The position numbers and the translations under genes were made by a program. Positions 62,020 through 64,000 of a DNA stretch of 64,000 bases are shown in pieces. The notes under the pieces were generated by a model. That model was given only the letters and a program-made list of their open reading frames with translations. It was not told the origin of the DNA and made no database searches. The stretch is from a bacterium (GTDB taxonomy: Bacteria; SAR324; JACQKK01). The DNA is taken from positions 566,681 to 630,680 of the forward strand of contig OZ251219.1 of the NCBI GenBank assembly GCA_965240465.1, given 5' to 3'. How positions within the stretch are numbered: the stretch's first letter is position 1; each line of letters starts with the position of its first letter.

Positions 62020-63002
62020 GAAACTCTTCTTGGCGGGACAGACAACGAAGACTTGATAGCCGTGGACCTAACAGCCGTGGACTTAGCCTTGGTGATGCGT
62101 GATAGCCAAGCCGCATAGATCTGAGTGGCTGTCCTTTCATCCAAGGAGGGTAGGTTGGGGAACGCTTGTCGCAAGTGATAAGCCGTCAAAGCTACTGATA
62201 CCGATAAATTATAGCTGGCTACGAATCCGTACATGGGGATTGAGAAGTATCCATCAGCAGCTTTCAGGGCGGCTGGGGAAACTCCTCGGTGCTCGTTGCC
62301 GAACACCAAAGCTAGGGGACGGGATAGATCTAGCTCAGGCAGGGGGATCGGCAGATTAGCAGGTAGGGCAGCAGAATGACGGTTTGAAATCTTTGTGGTG
62401 GGTGAGTGAGAATTCTCTGCCATGCTTTGACTAGGCAGAGCTTGACTAGGCAGAGCTTGACTAGGCAGAGCTTGACTAGGCAGGGCTTGACTAGCCAGTA
62501 CCTGATATCCGTCTTTTTTTAGAAATGCAATTGCGGAATTAATATCACTCCACCAGTACAAATTGAGCCACCGATTAGAACCCTGGGTAATTCCCTGAGA
62601 TAATTGCTTGGAATTTTTGGGTAAAGGACACGGGCGATTAGGGGCTTCATCTGGGATGGCAGAAGCATCTCCAGCATTAGCATCCCCAGTATTAGCTCTA
62701 GTTTCATCAATCCAGAGCCTAGTACCAGCTTCCACCAGATGTGCTTCTTGGAAGGAACAGCCATCCAAGCTTCTAAGAGCAGCACTGCAATTGTGAGGGT
62801 CTACCATATTTTCAAACACAAACACTGCCTGCCGACTGCGACGGGATAATACTGCCCGCAGTTTTTTTGACCTCTGAGGTAGAAGGAGTCCTTCCAGCTC
62901 AGCGATCAATTTTGGGGCTTCTGCTGGGGAGGGAAGCTGGGGCTGTTGGGATAGCAAACCAGGGGGAGATAGCCATTTCTCAGCTGAATTTTTATTTAAC
63001 AT
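62016..63002 (-). CDS. trmH: SpoU-family tRNA (Gm18) 2'-O-methyltransferase TrmH-like, with two repeat insertions
   Basis: FVFENMVDPHNCSAALRSLDGCSF.. and ALVFGNEHRGVS. A 15-bp repeat at 62425-62500 encodes (ALPSQ)n. Confidence 0.7.
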   Translation of the reverse strand: MLNKNSAEKWLSPPGLLSQQPQLPSPAEAPKLIAELEGLLLPQRSKKLRAVLSRRSRQAVFVFENMVDPHNCSAALRSLDGCSFQEAHLVEAGTRLWIDETRANTGDANAGDASAIPDEAPNRPCPLPKNSKQLSQGITQGSNRWLNLYWWSDINSAIAFLKKDGYQVLASQALPSQALPSQALPSQALPSQSMAENSHSPTTKISNRHSAALPANLPIPLPELDLSRPLALVFGNEHRGVSPAALKAADGYFSIPMYGFVASYNLSVSVALTAYHLRQAFPNLPSLDERTATQIYAAWLSRITKAKSTAVRSTAIKSSLSVPPRRVS

Positions 63003-63061
63003 TAAAAATTTCTTTCGGTTTTTTTTGATTGGAATCGCAAGTTCATATGTCCGTGTGAAAG

Positions 63062-64000
63062 CTAAGCAACATTCTCTTGGAGTAGTACATCCCGAGCGAG
63101 ATCCTCATTCTTTAATGCTTTCAGTGTTTCTAGAGCCTCCATCAGTTCGGGGGCAGTTTCCTTTTTCAGCAGGGCGATACGGTTCTCTTTGGCTAGCGGG
63201 AAACCCTTGATATACCCTACCAAATGTTTGCGGAATTCTAGTACTGCCCTCCTTTCATTAGGTTTTATCTCGGCTAGTAACTTAAAATGAAATTTCATCA
63301 CCCTTATCCTTTCTGCCATACTCGGAACTTGCTCACAGGAGGAAAAAACCCAAGGATTCCCTATGGCAGCCCTACCAATCATAAAGCCATCCAAGTTTCC
63401 TAACTTATTAAGACCCTCTATTCGGTGTTTAAGATCTCCATTGCCTAAGACCCGCACCTTAACCTTGCTTTTCAAATTATAAATGGACTCCCAATCAGCT
63501 TTACCACCAAAGCTAGCATCATAGGTGCGTCCATGGATGGTTAACAGGGAAGCCCCCGCATCCACCAAGCCCCTCGCAAAATCTACCAACCCCGCCGATG
63601 AACGCCAGCCCAACCTCGTCTTTACCGATACGGCTAATGAAGAAGCATTAGCTACCGCTTCTACTATCTGGCAAGCAAGCCGAGGATCACGCATCAGACT
63701 GCTACCATGCTGAGAATTGATGATACGGCGAGAAGGACAACCCATGTTAATGTCTATCCCAGATACTCCTTCTCCAGCTAGTACTCTGGTTGCTTCTGCA
63801 AATGACTCTGGCTGCCCACCAAACAATTGTACGAAATAAGGCTGCTCCTGAGGAGCAAATTGCAATCTTTGCCTCACTCGGTCACTACGCAAAAAACCTT
63901 CCGCACTGGTGAACTCGCTGAAGAGGATCACATCAGGATACAAACCGCGTACCAATTGACGATAAGCAGTATCGGTGATGCCATCCATGGGTGCCAGACA
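63062..64000 (-). CDS. dusB: tRNA-dihydrouridine synthase (DusB-like); the N-terminus lies beyond the window end
   Basis: The frame stays open to base 64000 (..CLAPMDGITDTAYRQL). It also has DINMGCPSRRI and HGRT motifs. Confidence 0.85.
   Translation of the reverse strand, partial: CLAPMDGITDTAYRQLVRGLYPDVILFSEFTSAEGFLRSDRVRQRLQFAPQEQPYFVQLFGGQPESFAEATRVLAGEGVSGIDINMGCPSRRIINSQHGSSLMRDPRLACQIVEAVANASSLAVSVKTRLGWRSSAGLVDFARGLVDAGASLLTIHGRTYDASFGGKADWESIYNLKSKVKVRVLGNGDLKHRIEGLNKLGNLDGFMIGRAAIGNPWVFSSCEQVPSMAERIRVMKFHFKLLAEIKPNERRAVLEFRKHLVGYIKGFPLAKENRIALLKKETAPELMEALETLKALKNEDLARDVLLQENVA

Overview
This is a 64-kb chromosomal segment from an unidentified diderm-type bacterium. LPS genes, a Tol-Pal YbgF-like gene and the yebC-ruvC-ruvA order point that way, but I cannot assign a lineage from sequence alone. 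GC is roughly 45-50% by eye. The genetic code is standard: the RF2 gene carries the canonical CTT TGA C +1 frameshift. I call about 55 protein genes and one tRNA, and almost all are housekeeping. They include uvrA (partial), a polyprenyl synthase, dacB, mutM, groES-groEL, a dapF-like gene and tyrS. An LPS-type operon holds two tandem LpxL-GmhB fusion paralogues, a SixA-like phosphatase and an O-antigen-ligase-like protein. Then come tilS, ftsH, cdaA-cdaR, rng, rluD and trmL, followed by the origin-type cluster gyrB-recF-dnaN-dnaA and gatC, ssb, ruvA-ruvC-yebC, tenA and prfB. The rest are tRNA-Gly(CCC), glmS, cmk, gpsA, a PPi-type pfk, miaB, nth, aspartokinase, trmH and dusB (partial). Two small accessory patches stand out. 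(1) A low-GC single-gene insertion between mutM and groEL encodes a complete DUF262-DUF1524 (GmrSD-type) nuclease, and it sits next to two decayed in-frame copies of the groEL 3' end. (2) A ~3.3-kb patch between prfB and tRNA-Gly holds an orphan endolysin-holin cassette, a ParA-like ATPase, an unknown 299-aa protein and short iterons, with no integrase. The most unusual global property is the density of short tandem repeats. Inside conserved genes every repeat unit is a multiple of 3 bp: uvrA, dapF, ftsH, rluD, rlmB, trmH, aspartokinase and others. Intergenic arrays of 22, 24 and 58 bp are also present. Other points worth a second look are a dapF homologue with both catalytic Cys replaced by Ser, a UvrA lacking the insertion domain, and a DnaA whose DNA-box-reading motif is altered. 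I see no CRISPR array, rRNA, transposase or integrase. No single multi-gene system in this window can be called novel with confidence from sequence alone. The candidates are ranked in the findings.
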